DNA of 63,855 nt, counting the filler, from Octopus bimaculoides (Eukaryota): assembly GCF_001194135.2 (NCBI RefSeq). It is 6 parts of 5 records of this genome, joined end to end, with 100 filler letters (N's around TTAATTAATTAA, not from the genome) between each part and the next. Parts side by side here need not be neighbours in the genome. Positions count along the whole stretch, not along the records: positions 61,311 to 63,855 come from NW_026335393.1; 5 more parts are not named here. One strand, 5' to 3'. Of the stretch, positions 62,468 to 63,855 are shown piece by piece. How positions within the stretch are numbered: position 1 is the stretch's first letter; each line of letters begins with the position of its first letter. The notes beneath the pieces are model-generated. The model searched no databases. It was not told where the DNA came from and saw only the letters and a list, made by a program, of their open reading frames with translations. A program made the position numbers and the translations under genes.

Positions 62468-63853
62468 AATGAAAAGGAAGGCAAAACAAATCTAAAACCT
62501 GGGAATGACGAAGGGAAACCTAATAATTACGATACTATGAAAATGAGAATAATCAAAGAACTGAAAACCACAGATCTTAGAATGGACCACAGATTATATC
62601 TCCCAAAAATCAAAATAGACAATAAAACAACATCAATAATAAATAGCATAAACCTGGCCGTCACGGAACTAACAACCACAGAAACAACTGGCAATATCAC
62701 TGAGCTAAATGACATAATATATGCGGCAGCCACTGCAGCCACAAAAGAAGCAGGATACTCACTCAAACCCATCCGAACAGGAGTTCTACCACCCAAACAG
62801 ACCTTGTGGATAAAAAATATCCAAAACAAAATTAAAAAAACAGAAAAAGATTTATCCATTCCCAACGAAATTAGTAGACAATCAACACAACTAAGTAACA
62901 AGAAGAAAACAAAAATACTGTACAAATACATTACAGAAAAAGACTTACCTGAGGCAAAAGAAAAGCTAAAGCAAGATATCCTCGCCAAAGCACAAAGGAT
63001 CCGCCGGTATGAGAAACGCCAACGTTTCTTTGAACAAAACAAACAGTCCAAATCCAACCCCAAAAATCTCTACAAAGAACTGGGTAATAATAAAATAGAC
63101 ATTACTGCAGCACCAACAGCAGAAGAACTGGAAGAATTCTGGAAACAAATATGGTCGGTGAAGCAAGAACCCCAGAAAAGGACCATTAAAACAACTAACT
63201 TAGCACCTGAGCAACTCTGGACCCCTATAACAACTGAAGAGGTCACCCAGACACTGCAAAGACTAAGCAACTGGAAGGCACCTGGGCACGACAAGATCCC
63301 CAACTTCTGGTTAAAACACCTGACAGGAATGCACAAAAAGCTGGCAGACAACTTTAACAACATACTAGCAGAGCCAGAGACAATGCCTGAATGGCTCACA
63401 AAAGGGAAAACCATCTTCATTCCCAAATCCACGGAAACGGAGAAACCACGAAACTACAGTCCTATAACCTGTCTCCCTACAATATACAAAGCCTTTACTG
63501 CAATAATATCGCAGAGATTGAGTAAGCACCTGGAAAATAACAACCTGTTTCCAGAAGAGCAGAAGGGATGCTGCAAGGGCTCATACGGCTGTAAAGATCA
63601 ATTATTGATCAATAAAGCCATAACTGAAGACAGCCGCAGAAAGAAGAAAGGCCTCAGTATGGACTGGGTGGACTACCAAAAGGCTTTCGACAGTGTTCTC
63701 CACACGTGGATTCTCGATACACAAGCTATAAACAAGGTGGCACCAATTATTATAAAATACATATGGCACTCCATGAAGAAATGGAAGACAGTGATACAGC
63801 TCCAGACAAAAGAGGGACTTGTGAAAACGAATGCCATCCCCATTAGAAGAGGA
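62468..63853 (+). CDS. R4/Dong-clade retrotransposon ORF (partial; N-terminal region and RT domains 0-3), open at both ends
   Basis: I translated the frame from 62468 to the window end: 462 codons without a stop (first ATG 62537). Motifs LNDIIYAAA, RIRRYEKR, EEFWKQIW, WKAPGHDKIPNFWLK, NYSPITCLPTIYK, EQKGC, KDQLLINK, WVDYQKAFDSV, IPIRRG. Confidence 0.92.
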
Positions 63854-63855
63854 AT

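Noticed and set aside
5364-62489. Long ORF-track entries made of X, HT, IY, CV or poly-amino-acid runs
   Set aside because: They are translations of N gaps and microsatellites, not genes

Overview
AT-rich, microsatellite- and SINE-dense animal DNA. The repeat content is most consistent with an octopus (coleoid cephalopod) genome, which is an inference. The window contains many N gaps and five artificial 100-bp joins (44 N + TTAATTAATTAA + 44 N), so it is six separately assembled segments. Only one host-gene piece is recognisable: coding exon 1 of an importin-7/8 gene on the minus strand (46931-47014, MDINELVEVLQATLDPARREQAEQKLHE followed by GTAAG). It lies in a CpG-retaining promoter zone flanked on both sides by CpG-depleted DNA. 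The rest is mostly mobile DNA. This includes R4/Dong-like RLE retrotransposons stacked in (TAA)n microsatellites: one decayed near-full copy, several 3' ends, and a stop-free 462-codon ORF at the window end that the ORF track missed. Also present are Tx1/L1-like, RTE and Penelope fragments, a decayed hAT, mariner and Tigger remnants, MITEs, a 91-bp Helitron and about 35 tRNA-derived SINE copies (families labelled A-D here). The observations most worth following up are: minimal hammerhead-ribozyme-like motifs of three families; a YY1x3-CRE-perfect HSE-CCAAT cluster before a decayed triple C2H2 ORF; a SINE sharing its 3' tail with the Tx1-like LINE; a candidate 42-nt alternative or poison exon in importin intron 1; and a near-perfect 128-bp inverted duplication. 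I found no confidently novel biological system. Nearly all ORF-track entries are microsatellite or gap artefacts. Repeat boundaries were set by eye and are approximate.
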